64,000 bases of DNA from Promethearchaeota archaeon. Its GTDB lineage: Archaea; Asgardarchaeota; Lokiarchaeia; Sigyniarchaeales; SOKP01. Each line of letters begins with the position of its first letter. Position 1 is the first letter of the stretch. The notes beneath the pieces are model-generated. The model had not been told where the DNA came from and ran no database searches. It was given only the letters and a program-made list of their open reading frames with translations. Location: the NCBI GenBank assembly GCA_030599585.1, contig JAUVNS010000003.1, positions 64,001 through 128,000 on the forward strand. Direction: 5' to 3'. Made by a program: the position numbers and the translations under genes. Below are positions 48,824 through 57,903 of this stretch, piece after piece.

Positions 48824-50077
48824 ATGCTTACGTTAAAATTAAAGAACAAATCAAAATTATTCAGCATTTTAATTCTTTTATTAATAATCATTAATTTCAA
48901 TATTTTAATTTCTCAAGTTCTATCCAAAAGAACTGAAAATGTTTCAGGATTTTCTACTCAGGATAAGGTCTACCCTAACGAATCTGTGAAATATGTCTTT
49001 TTTAACAACATAATTTTCGATATTTCTACCGATTCTTTTATTGATCTTGACATCCGTTACGATAGTAATATTGAAAATCGTCAAATCTATTTTCTTATCA
49101 ACAATAGCAACCCTATTTTACTTAATATAAGTTCTAAAGTATCAATGCAGAATTTTGGAATGCCTGGAATGCCTCAAGAGCCGAAAAAAGGCGAAACTCA
49201 ATTTCAATATAGATATAACTGCATTCTTCGAATTCAAACTAATACTACAATAGAATCTCTGACAATATATGGCATCAAAAGATCGATATATGGCTTAAAT
49301 CCTAATTCCGAATATTCCTTAGCTTTGTATGAATCCTCACAAGACTCTTGGGAGCTTATTGATACAATCGAGGAACTAAATGAAACGAGTTCAGAATATA
49401 CTTTAGCTGGTTCTGTCTCTGACCTTCAAACAGACACGGACTATTTTATTACTTTTTATGAGGTCGCTAATATCTTCGACAATTGGTTTTTAATGATTAT
49501 TTTAATTGTTGGTGCGATAGGAATTGGTTCAATCGCGATTTTAATTTCAAAAAAAGATTATTTCCAATACTTAAAAACTAGAACCATTCCAATTGAGAAG
49601 GGTGCGCATCGTTTAACCTTAGAAGACGTCTTAGAGAACGAGAATAGGAATAAAATTATTGACTTAATTCTTACAGAACCTGGAATTCATTTTAATGAGT
49701 TATTACGAAAAACTGAAATAGCAGCGGGTAATCTCGTCTGGCACCTCGATATTTTAGAAACTTACAAGGTAGTGGGTAAAAAAAGGATTGGAAATTTCAT
49801 AGCCTATTTTCCCTATTATCAAAAAAATCCTATTTCAAACCTTGATCTTCGATTGAGTAAGAGCAAGTTAACATTAGGCATTCTCGAAATGATCGAGAAA
49901 GAACCAGGTCTTTGGAACAGTGTAATCACAAAACATTTTAAGGTTGACCATAAAACAATTCAATATCATATTAATAAGTTAAAGGATTTAAATCTCATTC
50001 GCTTCAGAAGTGAAGGGAGAAAGAAAAAAATCTTTCCGAATTTAGAATCAGATTATTTTAATAAAAAAGATAAGTAG
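48824..50077 (+). CDS. Membrane-tethered transcriptional regulator (ectodomain + TM + tandem cytoplasmic wHTH)
   Basis: N-terminal hydrophobic helix, ectodomain, TM (WFLMIILIVGAIGIG). wHTH 1: VLENENRNKIIDLILTEPGIHFNELLR...WHLDILE. wHTH 2: EPG...TIQYHINKL. Confidence 0.85.
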   Translation: MLTLKLKNKSKLFSILILLLIIINFNILISQVLSKRTENVSGFSTQDKVYPNESVKYVFFNNIIFDISTDSFIDLDIRYDSNIENRQIYFLINNSNPILLNISSKVSMQNFGMPGMPQEPKKGETQFQYRYNCILRIQTNTTIESLTIYGIKRSIYGLNPNSEYSLALYESSQDSWELIDTIEELNETSSEYTLAGSVSDLQTDTDYFITFYEVANIFDNWFLMIILIVGAIGIGSIAILISKKDYFQYLKTRTIPIEKGAHRLTLEDVLENENRNKIIDLILTEPGIHFNELLRKTEIAAGNLVWHLDILETYKVVGKKRIGNFIAYFPYYQKNPISNLDLRLSKSKLTLGILEMIEKEPGLWNSVITKHFKVDHKTIQYHINKLKDLNLIRFRSEGRKKKIFPNLESDYFNKKDK

Positions 50078-50184
50078 AGATTCTAGTAAGGGTAAGGACT
50101 GGGCGGGGCATTATTTATTTAGTAATATTGTTAAACATTGTGAGATTTGATTTTATATTAAATCATAGTTTATGATGTGGTGTT

Positions 50185-51303
50185 ATGAGCTCAATATCTA
50201 ACCAAGAATTTCATTTGCGGATTGAAAAAACTCAAAAATTATTACGGGATCATTCAATCCAAGCACTATTTTGCACATTAGGAACAAATTTTCAATATTT
50301 ACTTAACGTTAAAAGCAAACCTTTTGAAAGATTGGTTTTAGCGATTATTAAATCAAACGGAACTCCACATCTAATATGTCCTGCTTTCGAATTACAAAAT
50401 TATATAGAAAATACTCCATTATCGCAAGTCGATATTAGCATTTGGGAAGAAACTGAAGATCCCTTCCTATTAATGAAAAAAATTTGCATAGATAATGGCA
50501 TTCAGGATACAAATATTGCAATATCTCCCCAAACATCCTTCACGGTTTTTTCGAAGATTAAATCTGTTCTTCCTAAGGCTAAATTTGTAGACGCTCTCTC
50601 GATAATGGAAACTGTGCGTATTGTAAAAACTGATCAAGAAATCGAATTTTTAAAAAAAGCTAGTCATTTTTCTGCTAGAGGAATTGAAGCAGCGTTTGAT
50701 CAACTTTCAATTGGTATTACTGAAAAAGAAGCTTCAGCTCTAGTTGAAAAGGAGATAAGTTTGTTATCAGGAGAGCCCACATTATTTGCATTGGTTCAGT
50801 TTGGAGCGAATTCTTCAAACCCTCATGGTTCTCCTTCGAATAAAAAGCTTAAAAGAGATGAGGTTGTCTTAATTGATGCTGGCACATCATATAATGGCTA
50901 TGTCGCCGATATCACTAATACTACAGTATTTGGACATCCAAATGAAAAATTCTTGGAAATATATAATATCGTAGAAGAAGCTAATTATCGCGCAAGAGAA
51001 GCAGGGGGTGTAGGAATCTTACCTTCTCAAGTTGATGCTGCTGCCCGAGATTATATCCTAGAAAAGGGGTATGGACAATACTTTACACATCGTACAGGTC
51101 ATGGCATAGGTTTAGATGTCCACGAAGCCCCATATATAATCCAGACTAATTTGGTTCCATTAGGCTTAAAAAGCACGTTTACTATCGAACCAGGCATCTA
51201 CATCCCTGGAAAATTTGGCGTTCGAATCGAGGACGATGTAGTTGCTAGAAATAATGGCTGCGAACAACTTTCTTCCCCAATTCGGCGTTACTGGGAAAAA
51301 TAA
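50185..51303 (+). CDS. Xaa-Pro peptidase (M24B)
   Basis: PHG, IDAG...GYVADIT, HRTGHGIGLDVHE, TIEPGIY, VRIEDD; all metal ligands present. Confidence 0.93.
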   Translation: MSSISNQEFHLRIEKTQKLLRDHSIQALFCTLGTNFQYLLNVKSKPFERLVLAIIKSNGTPHLICPAFELQNYIENTPLSQVDISIWEETEDPFLLMKKICIDNGIQDTNIAISPQTSFTVFSKIKSVLPKAKFVDALSIMETVRIVKTDQEIEFLKKASHFSARGIEAAFDQLSIGITEKEASALVEKEISLLSGEPTLFALVQFGANSSNPHGSPSNKKLKRDEVVLIDAGTSYNGYVADITNTTVFGHPNEKFLEIYNIVEEANYRAREAGGVGILPSQVDAAARDYILEKGYGQYFTHRTGHGIGLDVHEAPYIIQTNLVPLGLKSTFTIEPGIYIPGKFGVRIEDDVVARNNGCEQLSSPIRRYWEK

Positions 51304-51411
51304 TCCTCCTTGCAAATAAATTTTTTTTGCTTATAGACAATTAGGCATACCTTTAATATGTCTTCAATTTTAAAATTAGTAATTCAATTTCCCTAATCAA
51401 AAATTAAAATA

Positions 51412-51915
51412 ATGATAAATCCAGAAGCTTTTTTAGAATTTATTAAAGATCGAAGAAGTATTAGGAGCTTTCAAGATAAACAAGTTCCGGATAATGAGAT
51501 TCAAATGATCCTAGAGGCAGGAAGATGGGCTCCAAGCGCTTCGAATAAGCAACCCTGGGAATTTTATGTTATTAGAGATAAAGAAATCTTAAAAGAAATC
51601 TCGAAAAACGCTATTTATGGTAGACATATCAAAAGAGCACCTTTTGCTATTGCAATCATCGGAAAAAAAACAATTAGTCCCAATTACTATATTCAAGACA
51701 CATCTTTGGTGTCTATGACTATGATGTTAATGGCTTGGTCATTGGGTATAGGGACATGTTGGACTGGATCGATGAATAGGGAAAAAGCTAAAGAAATATT
51801 AGGTTTGGGAAAAGACGATTACATTCTTACTATCTTACCGATGGGATATATTAAAGGCAATATTCCAAAACCAACCTTAAGAACGGCTTTAGACCAAATA
51901 CTAAAAGAAATATAG
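51412..51915 (+). CDS. Nitroreductase-family protein
   Basis: RRSIRSF, APSASNKQPW, LGIGTCW. Confidence 0.93.
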   Translation: MINPEAFLEFIKDRRSIRSFQDKQVPDNEIQMILEAGRWAPSASNKQPWEFYVIRDKEILKEISKNAIYGRHIKRAPFAIAIIGKKTISPNYYIQDTSLVSMTMMLMAWSLGIGTCWTGSMNREKAKEILGLGKDDYILTILPMGYIKGNIPKPTLRTALDQILKEI

Positions 51916-52089
51916 ATTGTAATAAAGCAAATTTAGTAGATAATTAGTAAATCATCAAGTTCTTCACGAGTCTTTTTTTCTCAAAATTTGACTAATTTGT
52001 CCTAAACTACGATTTCTTAACAGTTTTAAGATAAGTTAATTAAATAAATAATAATTATTCATATAATTAACATTGAAGGTGATATTCAA

Positions 52090-52470
52090 ATGGGAAAAGG
52101 AATAGGAATTACAGCACTAGTATTTTTTGTTTTATTTACATTTATTTCGTTTACTTTAGGTTTTGAAATTGGTGGAAATGACTTAGAAATAGCAATGATT
52201 GTTTTAGCGGAAGGTATTCTTTTTAGTTCGACAGCTTTTTTAATTCCAGGAATTCTTAGTCTAATAGGAAAGCCACTTGGCAAAGTTGCATGGTTTTATG
52301 CTTTAATACCGTTAACTCTCGCATGTTTTTTAATATATACCATTGTGATTGCCGCGTTATTTCCCACATCATTCATAAGTAATTTCACTGGATATTTAGG
52401 AACAGGTCTTGCAATTTCCGTAGTATTTTCCATTGTTGCACTATGTGGGGGCTATGCAAAACTTCATTAA
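52090..52470 (+). CDS. Hypothetical four-TM membrane protein
   Basis: AGGTGA SD; four hydrophobic segments. Confidence 0.7.
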   Translation: MGKGIGITALVFFVLFTFISFTLGFEIGGNDLEIAMIVLAEGILFSSTAFLIPGILSLIGKPLGKVAWFYALIPLTLACFLIYTIVIAALFPTSFISNFTGYLGTGLAISVVFSIVALCGGYAKLH

Positions 52471-52483
52471 TTTTTTTTTTATA

Positions 52484-53644
52484 TTATATTAAAACTTCAT
52501 CGAGCTCTTCTGGGGCTTTTGTTAATTTAATATAGCCATCATTCGTTATTAAAACAGAGTCAGAATGTCGAAAACCTCCTAACCCTGGAATATAAATTCC
52601 CGGTTCAACGCTGATTAACATATTAGGTTCGAGAGGTCTATCGTATCCTTCAGCTAAATAAGGTGCCTCATGACCGGTAATTCCAAGCCCATGCCCGGTG
52701 CGATGAATGATATAATCACCATACCCTTTCTCCGTTATAAACTTTCTTACTTTAGTATCTATCTCGCCCATAATCGTTCCTGGTTTTAACATGCTGTAAG
52801 CCAACTCTCTGGCTTGGAACATCACCTCAAACGGTTTCTTAGCTTTATCTGGTATGTGTCCTAAAAAGAAAGTTCTTTCTATTTCAACACCATAACCGTC
52901 TACTTGAGCGTAAACTATGGAAACATGTGGCCCTCCTTCTTCCATTTCAGCAAACAGCTTTGGAATTATGTGCGGGTCGTGAGAAAAGGAAGGAGGCCAA
53001 ACTGCTCCTACCGTTCTACAGACGATAAAATTAGCACTTGGTATATCGGTAACAATTTTTGAAGTCATGAATCCTGTGACTTTCTGATATAAAGCAAATT
53101 CGGGTACTCCAGGACGGCAGATTTTGAACAATTCTTTATGTCCTCTATTAATAATTTTACACGCATGGACAGATCTTCCAATTTCGTAATCTGTTTTTAC
53201 TATTCGCACTTCATCAATAATATCTGTAATTATTTTGTTCCCGGGTGTTTTTTCTGCGATCCCCGATGGCATTGCACCTTCGATACCCACTTTTTTTTCT
53301 TTTTCAATAAGTTTTTGGTATACATCGTACCAATTTTCTCCTTGGGGCGCTGGGAACTCGTAATAACTGTGAAATTCAAGTTCTCCTATAGATCTAGATT
53401 CAACGTGACTTTTTTCTAAGAGGGGAACTACCATTTTAGGTGTTCCTTCTCTTTCTATAATGAGAAGAAAAGGACGTTCGTGAACGTTATTAGCAAAATT
53501 AGTTAAATAATAAATGTTGGTTGGATCAAATGACACATAGTAATCCAAATTCTCTTGTAACATCAAGTTTCTTACTTTCTTTAATCGATTGGAAAGTTCT
53601 TCTCGGCTTGGTGGTGTTGTAATTCCTTTTGGTTTAACATTCAT
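52484..53644 (-). CDS. M24-fold hydrolase with substituted metal ligands (creatinase-like)
   Basis: Creatinase-type N-domain; HDPH, YAQVDGYGVEIERT, HRTGHG..GHE, EPGIY, FRHSD. Confidence 0.85.
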   Translation of the reverse strand: MNVKPKGITTPPSREELSNRLKKVRNLMLQENLDYYVSFDPTNIYYLTNFANNVHERPFLLIIEREGTPKMVVPLLEKSHVESRSIGELEFHSYYEFPAPQGENWYDVYQKLIEKEKKVGIEGAMPSGIAEKTPGNKIITDIIDEVRIVKTDYEIGRSVHACKIINRGHKELFKICRPGVPEFALYQKVTGFMTSKIVTDIPSANFIVCRTVGAVWPPSFSHDPHIIPKLFAEMEEGGPHVSIVYAQVDGYGVEIERTFFLGHIPDKAKKPFEVMFQARELAYSMLKPGTIMGEIDTKVRKFITEKGYGDYIIHRTGHGLGITGHEAPYLAEGYDRPLEPNMLISVEPGIYIPGLGGFRHSDSVLITNDGYIKLTKAPEELDEVLI

Positions 53645-53837
53645 AATAAATTCTTCAAATTAATTCTCTAAAATTAATAATTATAAGAAATTCTTAATAA
53701 AAAATTTATTAGTTTTTTGGGATTTTAACTAACAAAGAACAAGGAAAGCATAAAGAAACCTTTTCAAAGCAAGAGCAATCTATTTATTTATTAGCATAAT
53801 TTACATATTAAAAATACATTAAAAAGAGGAAACAAAA

Positions 53838-55370
53838 TTGAAAACATTTGAAGATTATTTAGCCCGGTTATATAAAATGAAGCCTAACATTTACATTGGT
53901 GACGAATTAGTAGGTCGGGATGACCCTCGATTACAGGGTGGTCAAAATATCATAAAAGTTACTTATGATTGCGCTCATAGCGAGGAATATGAAGATTTAT
54001 GTGTAGTTACCTCTCACTTAACTGGAAAGAAGATAAATAGGTTTACCCATATACATCAAAGCGAAGATGACCTCTTAAAAAAGCAGTTAATGACTCGACT
54101 ACTCTGTCATCGTGTTGGGGGCTGTATCCAACGCTGTATGGGTTGTGATTCATTAAACGCTCTCTCTGTAATTACATACGAGCTAGATCAAGCGTTAGGA
54201 ACAGATCATTACAAACGGTTTAATAAGTATTTAGAATATTTTCAAGAGAACGATTTAGTCGCTAGTGCGGCTCAAACTGATGCTAAAGGAGATCGTTTGA
54301 AGAGACCTCACGAACAAGAAGATCCAGACCAATATTTAAGGGTTATTGAAACAAGGGAAGATGGAATCGTTGTTAGAGGGTGTAAAGTTAGCATTACAAA
54401 CACACCATATGCAGATGAGCTGATTGTAGTCCCTTGTAGGTATATGGGCCCGGAAGATAAAGATTACGCCGTATCATTTGCATTGCCTACAGATTGGGAT
54501 GGAATTAAATTATTAACGAGACCTGCTAGCTTTAGAAAAAGTAAACACATGCAATTTCCTGCTGGGAATTTTGGAGACGCAGAGACTTTCATTATCTTTG
54601 ACGATGTTTTTGTTCCAAACGATAGAATTTTCTTAAACGGAAATGGAGATCCCAGGCAAACTGCATATGCTGGCTTTCTAGCGTTGATGTTTGCTCATTA
54701 TCATCGCCACAGTTATACAGGTTGCAAACCTGCTGTTACGGAAGTAATTGCTAGCGCCGCAGCGTTAGTTGCAGAGTATAATGGGATTGAAAAGGCTTCA
54801 CATGTTCAAGACAAGCTTTCTCATTTAATAGGCACAGCAGAGCTCGTATTTGCTGCTGGGGAATCCAGTGCAAAACATTCTGAAAAAGCTCCTTCTGGAA
54901 CACAAGTTCCGGACGAGATTTTAACCAATGCTGGAAGGAGACTTGCTGGAGAAATGATTTACGATGAGTATAAAATATTAGCAGACCTTTCTGGCGGTCT
55001 AATTGCAACACTACCATACGAAGGATCGTTCTTTTCTGAAGATGTTGGAGAACTTGCTATGAAATATATGAAGAGAAATCCAAGAGTTAAACCAGAAAAT
55101 GTTTTACGCTGTTTTAGAGGCATTGAAGCTTTCGCGGTTTCAGAAATAACAGGTCTATTACAAGTAGCTGGCTTACACGGGGGAGGATCGCCATCAATGG
55201 AAACTATAACTATGATGATGCGTTATGATATTGAAAAATTGAAGAATATCTCAAAATACCTCTTCGGGATTAAGTCCAAACTGAAAAGATACGAAAGACC
55301 AACTGTTACACCAAGAAAACAACTCGAAAAATTTCGAAAAGCTATGAAAGGGAAAAAATTAGAGAAATAA
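53838..55370 (+). CDS. 4-hydroxybutyryl-CoA dehydratase (AbfD)/HpaB-family flavoprotein with [4Fe-4S] ligands
   Basis: GCIQRCMG, TDAKGDR, FDDVFVP, HRHSYTGCK, LHGGGS; TTG start after GAGG. Confidence 0.9.
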   Translation: MKTFEDYLARLYKMKPNIYIGDELVGRDDPRLQGGQNIIKVTYDCAHSEEYEDLCVVTSHLTGKKINRFTHIHQSEDDLLKKQLMTRLLCHRVGGCIQRCMGCDSLNALSVITYELDQALGTDHYKRFNKYLEYFQENDLVASAAQTDAKGDRLKRPHEQEDPDQYLRVIETREDGIVVRGCKVSITNTPYADELIVVPCRYMGPEDKDYAVSFALPTDWDGIKLLTRPASFRKSKHMQFPAGNFGDAETFIIFDDVFVPNDRIFLNGNGDPRQTAYAGFLALMFAHYHRHSYTGCKPAVTEVIASAAALVAEYNGIEKASHVQDKLSHLIGTAELVFAAGESSAKHSEKAPSGTQVPDEILTNAGRRLAGEMIYDEYKILADLSGGLIATLPYEGSFFSEDVGELAMKYMKRNPRVKPENVLRCFRGIEAFAVSEITGLLQVAGLHGGGSPSMETITMMMRYDIEKLKNISKYLFGIKSKLKRYERPTVTPRKQLEKFRKAMKGKKLEK

Positions 55371-55453
55371 ATCTATGATTTCTATTCTTTTTTTTCTATT
55401 AAATTATTTTTTAATATTATTAAGTTATTAAGTTAGTAGAGTATGAAGTTGTT

Positions 55454-55900
55454 ATGAAGGATGTTAATGAAAAAGATAAAGTAGTAATAGACAAACTGCT
55501 TGGAATTGAGGATTTTAAAGAAATTGAAGTCAGAGTCGACGATACTGATTTAATGCAGGTTGTCCATTCTAACAAATATCTTAATTATTTCGACGATGGC
55601 TTCATAAGTTTTGTACAAAAGCTCAATAAAAATTGTGGCGAGTTACACAAAGAAGGAATCGTGTTTCCAGTCAGAAAAGTTGAAATTGAATATATAAAAT
55701 CGGCTACTTTTGGCGATAAAATTCTTATTCACACTCGAGTTATTAAAGTAGGAAACACCTCTATAACTCTTGCCATGGATTGTTATAAAAACAATAAATC
55801 AGAAGATACACTTCTTGTTAAAGGTATTATTGTAAGGCTTATCATGGACATGAATACCAATGATTTAATCAAAATAACTGATTTCTTCGGAGATATTTAA
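55454..55900 (+). CDS. Hot-dog-fold acyl-CoA thioesterase (4HBT/YbgC-like)
   Basis: VRVDDTDLMQVVHSNKYLNYF, EYIKSATFGD, VGNTS. Confidence 0.88.
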   Translation: MKDVNEKDKVVIDKLLGIEDFKEIEVRVDDTDLMQVVHSNKYLNYFDDGFISFVQKLNKNCGELHKEGIVFPVRKVEIEYIKSATFGDKILIHTRVIKVGNTSITLAMDCYKNNKSEDTLLVKGIIVRLIMDMNTNDLIKITDFFGDI

Positions 55901-55916
55901 TCAATAATTAGATTCT

Positions 55917-56684
55917 TTACTCTTTCTTAACAAATTTTCCAAGTCTTTTTTTAAGTTCTTCAGACTGCCCCGTTGTAATCATAGCTATTGATTCGCGTGC
56001 TAAAACGGATTCAATACTTAAATCTTGGTTTTCGTTGATAAACTTCTTTGTATACTGAAGAGCAAGGTGATCTCTTGAAACTATCATATTTGCTGTTTTT
56101 TTTAAGATTCTTGGTAGACTTGGTGTAGGACATACTTGATTAACCAGCCCTATTCTATGCGCTTCTTCAGCAGAGAGTTCTTTACCCATTATCATCAATT
56201 CTTTGGCTCTTCCTTCCCCGATTATTCTAGGTAAAAGTTTGGTTGACGCATTAGAAAAGAAAAGTCCTACCCCTACTTCAGGGAGCATAATTCGTGTATC
56301 TTCTGCTGCGATTTTATAATCACACACGAGAGTATGTTCAAATCCACCCCCTATCACCCACCCATGATAACCAACTATGATTATACCGGGATGGGCTATC
56401 ATTTTACGTGTCAAAATTTGCCATGATTCAAGAAACTCTACTGCTTCTGCAAGTCGTTCTTTATTCGTTAGCAAATCGTATCCATACTTTAGATCTGCTC
56501 CTACTGTAAAATGCTTACCATTAGCAGCGTAAATAACGCAAACATCGTTGTTCTCAGCACTCTTTTCAAAGAGTTCTATTAGTTTCTTTAGGACATCTAA
56601 CGTAATTGTATTTCTTTCTTTAGGCTTATTTAACGTTATTTTTCCGATGTCTCCTTTTTTTTCATATAATACAAAATCTTCCAA
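55917..56684 (-). CDS. Enoyl-CoA hydratase/isomerase (crotonase family)
   Basis: FTVGADL, IGGGFE, LPEVGVG, AEEAHRIGLVN. Confidence 0.92.
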   Translation of the reverse strand: MEDFVLYEKKGDIGKITLNKPKERNTITLDVLKKLIELFEKSAENNDVCVIYAANGKHFTVGADLKYGYDLLTNKERLAEAVEFLESWQILTRKMIAHPGIIIVGYHGWVIGGGFEHTLVCDYKIAAEDTRIMLPEVGVGLFFSNASTKLLPRIIGEGRAKELMIMGKELSAEEAHRIGLVNQVCPTPSLPRILKKTANMIVSRDHLALQYTKKFINENQDLSIESVLARESIAMITTGQSEELKKRLGKFVKKE

Positions 56685-56794
56685 ATTGGATCCCTCTCAT
56701 TATTTCTATTTAGACTATCTATTATTTATAAAAGTTCAATATATGTTATCATAAAAGTTTTTTTATCTAATTAAGATTAGATTGCATAATCCCT

Positions 56795-57781
56795 TTAGCC
56801 TTTCGCTTCTGAAGAATTTTGGGTGGTTAATTCTTGTTTTTTATAATTTATTATAACTAGCGCTACCATAACAATTAGACCCCCAATAATGTTCCACAAA
56901 CCTATAACATCGTTTCTTTGAAAAAGTATCGATAAAATAAGAGTTATAAACGGTTGCAAATACAGAAATGATGCTACGCTTGAAGACTTCAGCTTTTTAA
57001 GAGAATAACTCCAAATATAATATCCAATTACGAACGCTCCTAAACCTAAATATAGAGCACATAGAAATACAACAATATTCAAAAAGTTATTTAGAAATAT
57101 ACTCAATTGTCCAGTAATTATAACAAGTATAAAGAACTCAACACATCCAAAGATGGAAATAATCTTTAGATTTTGAAAATCAGTCCTAGAGCTGTCAAAT
57201 TGCTTCACTTTTTTTATAGCAATTGTATAAAATGACCACATCAGAGGAGCTAAAAGAGCAAGGATATATCCTAAGAAATTAGGCGAATTGGGTTGAAGGA
57301 CTCCAATATTACCTCCAGTAATTAATAAAAATGCCCCAAATGAAGCAATTATAAAACCAATTACTTTATTTTTACTCAATTTTTCTTTGAAAATAACAAG
57401 TGAAAGTAACGTAATAAGAATAGGGTTAATTAAGCAATCTACAAGTACAGGTAATGATGGACCAATCAAGGAGATAGCCGAGTAAATAACAAGAAGGTAC
57501 ACAGATACTCCAGCTAAACTTGCTAATACTATATACAACCAGTAATTCCTTTCTGATCCTCTATTGATAGCCTTATCAGAAATTAAGGCAAGATTTTTAG
57601 AATTTCTCTTTCTAAGATACAAATCAATTAAAATCATTGAAATCGCTGCAATTATTAACCGATACAACGCGATCGAAAGCGGTGTAACGAAATCCATAGC
57701 TATATCAACAACTATGAATGAAAAGCCCCAGAAAAAAATCATCACAAAAAGTAAAAAATAGATAAATAGCATATTTGACAA
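56795..57781 (-). CDS. DMT/EamA-family transporter
   Basis: FWGFSF, two EamA repeats, FKEKL, FLYLQP; about 10 TM helices. Confidence 0.9.
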   Translation of the reverse strand: MSNMLFIYFLLFVMIFFWGFSFIVVDIAMDFVTPLSIALYRLIIAAISMILIDLYLRKRNSKNLALISDKAINRGSERNYWLYIVLASLAGVSVYLLVIYSAISLIGPSLPVLVDCLINPILITLLSLVIFKEKLSKNKVIGFIIASFGAFLLITGGNIGVLQPNSPNFLGYILALLAPLMWSFYTIAIKKVKQFDSSRTDFQNLKIISIFGCVEFFILVIITGQLSIFLNNFLNIVVFLCALYLGLGAFVIGYYIWSYSLKKLKSSSVASFLYLQPFITLILSILFQRNDVIGLWNIIGGLIVMVALVIINYKKQELTTQNSSEAKG

Positions 57782-57903
57782 TTAAAAATATTTTAAATGA
57801 AAAAAGATTTTGCTTTAAAACCAGCCACAATTGTAGAATATGTTCAGATTTGGAAAAGAATCTAAATTAAAAGATTAAATAGCAATAGACCAAAATAGTA
57901 TTT

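Noticed and set aside
50090-50110. G-rich patch GGGTAAGGACTGGGCGGGG as a G-quadruplex or mobile-element end
   Set aside because: One tract has only two G residues, and I saw no partner repeat, target-site duplication or transposase.
51933-51980. Minus-strand peptide EKKTREELDDLLIIY resembling the C-terminus of the M24 protein at 52484
   Set aside because: Only 15 codons with weak DNA similarity; compatible with chance.
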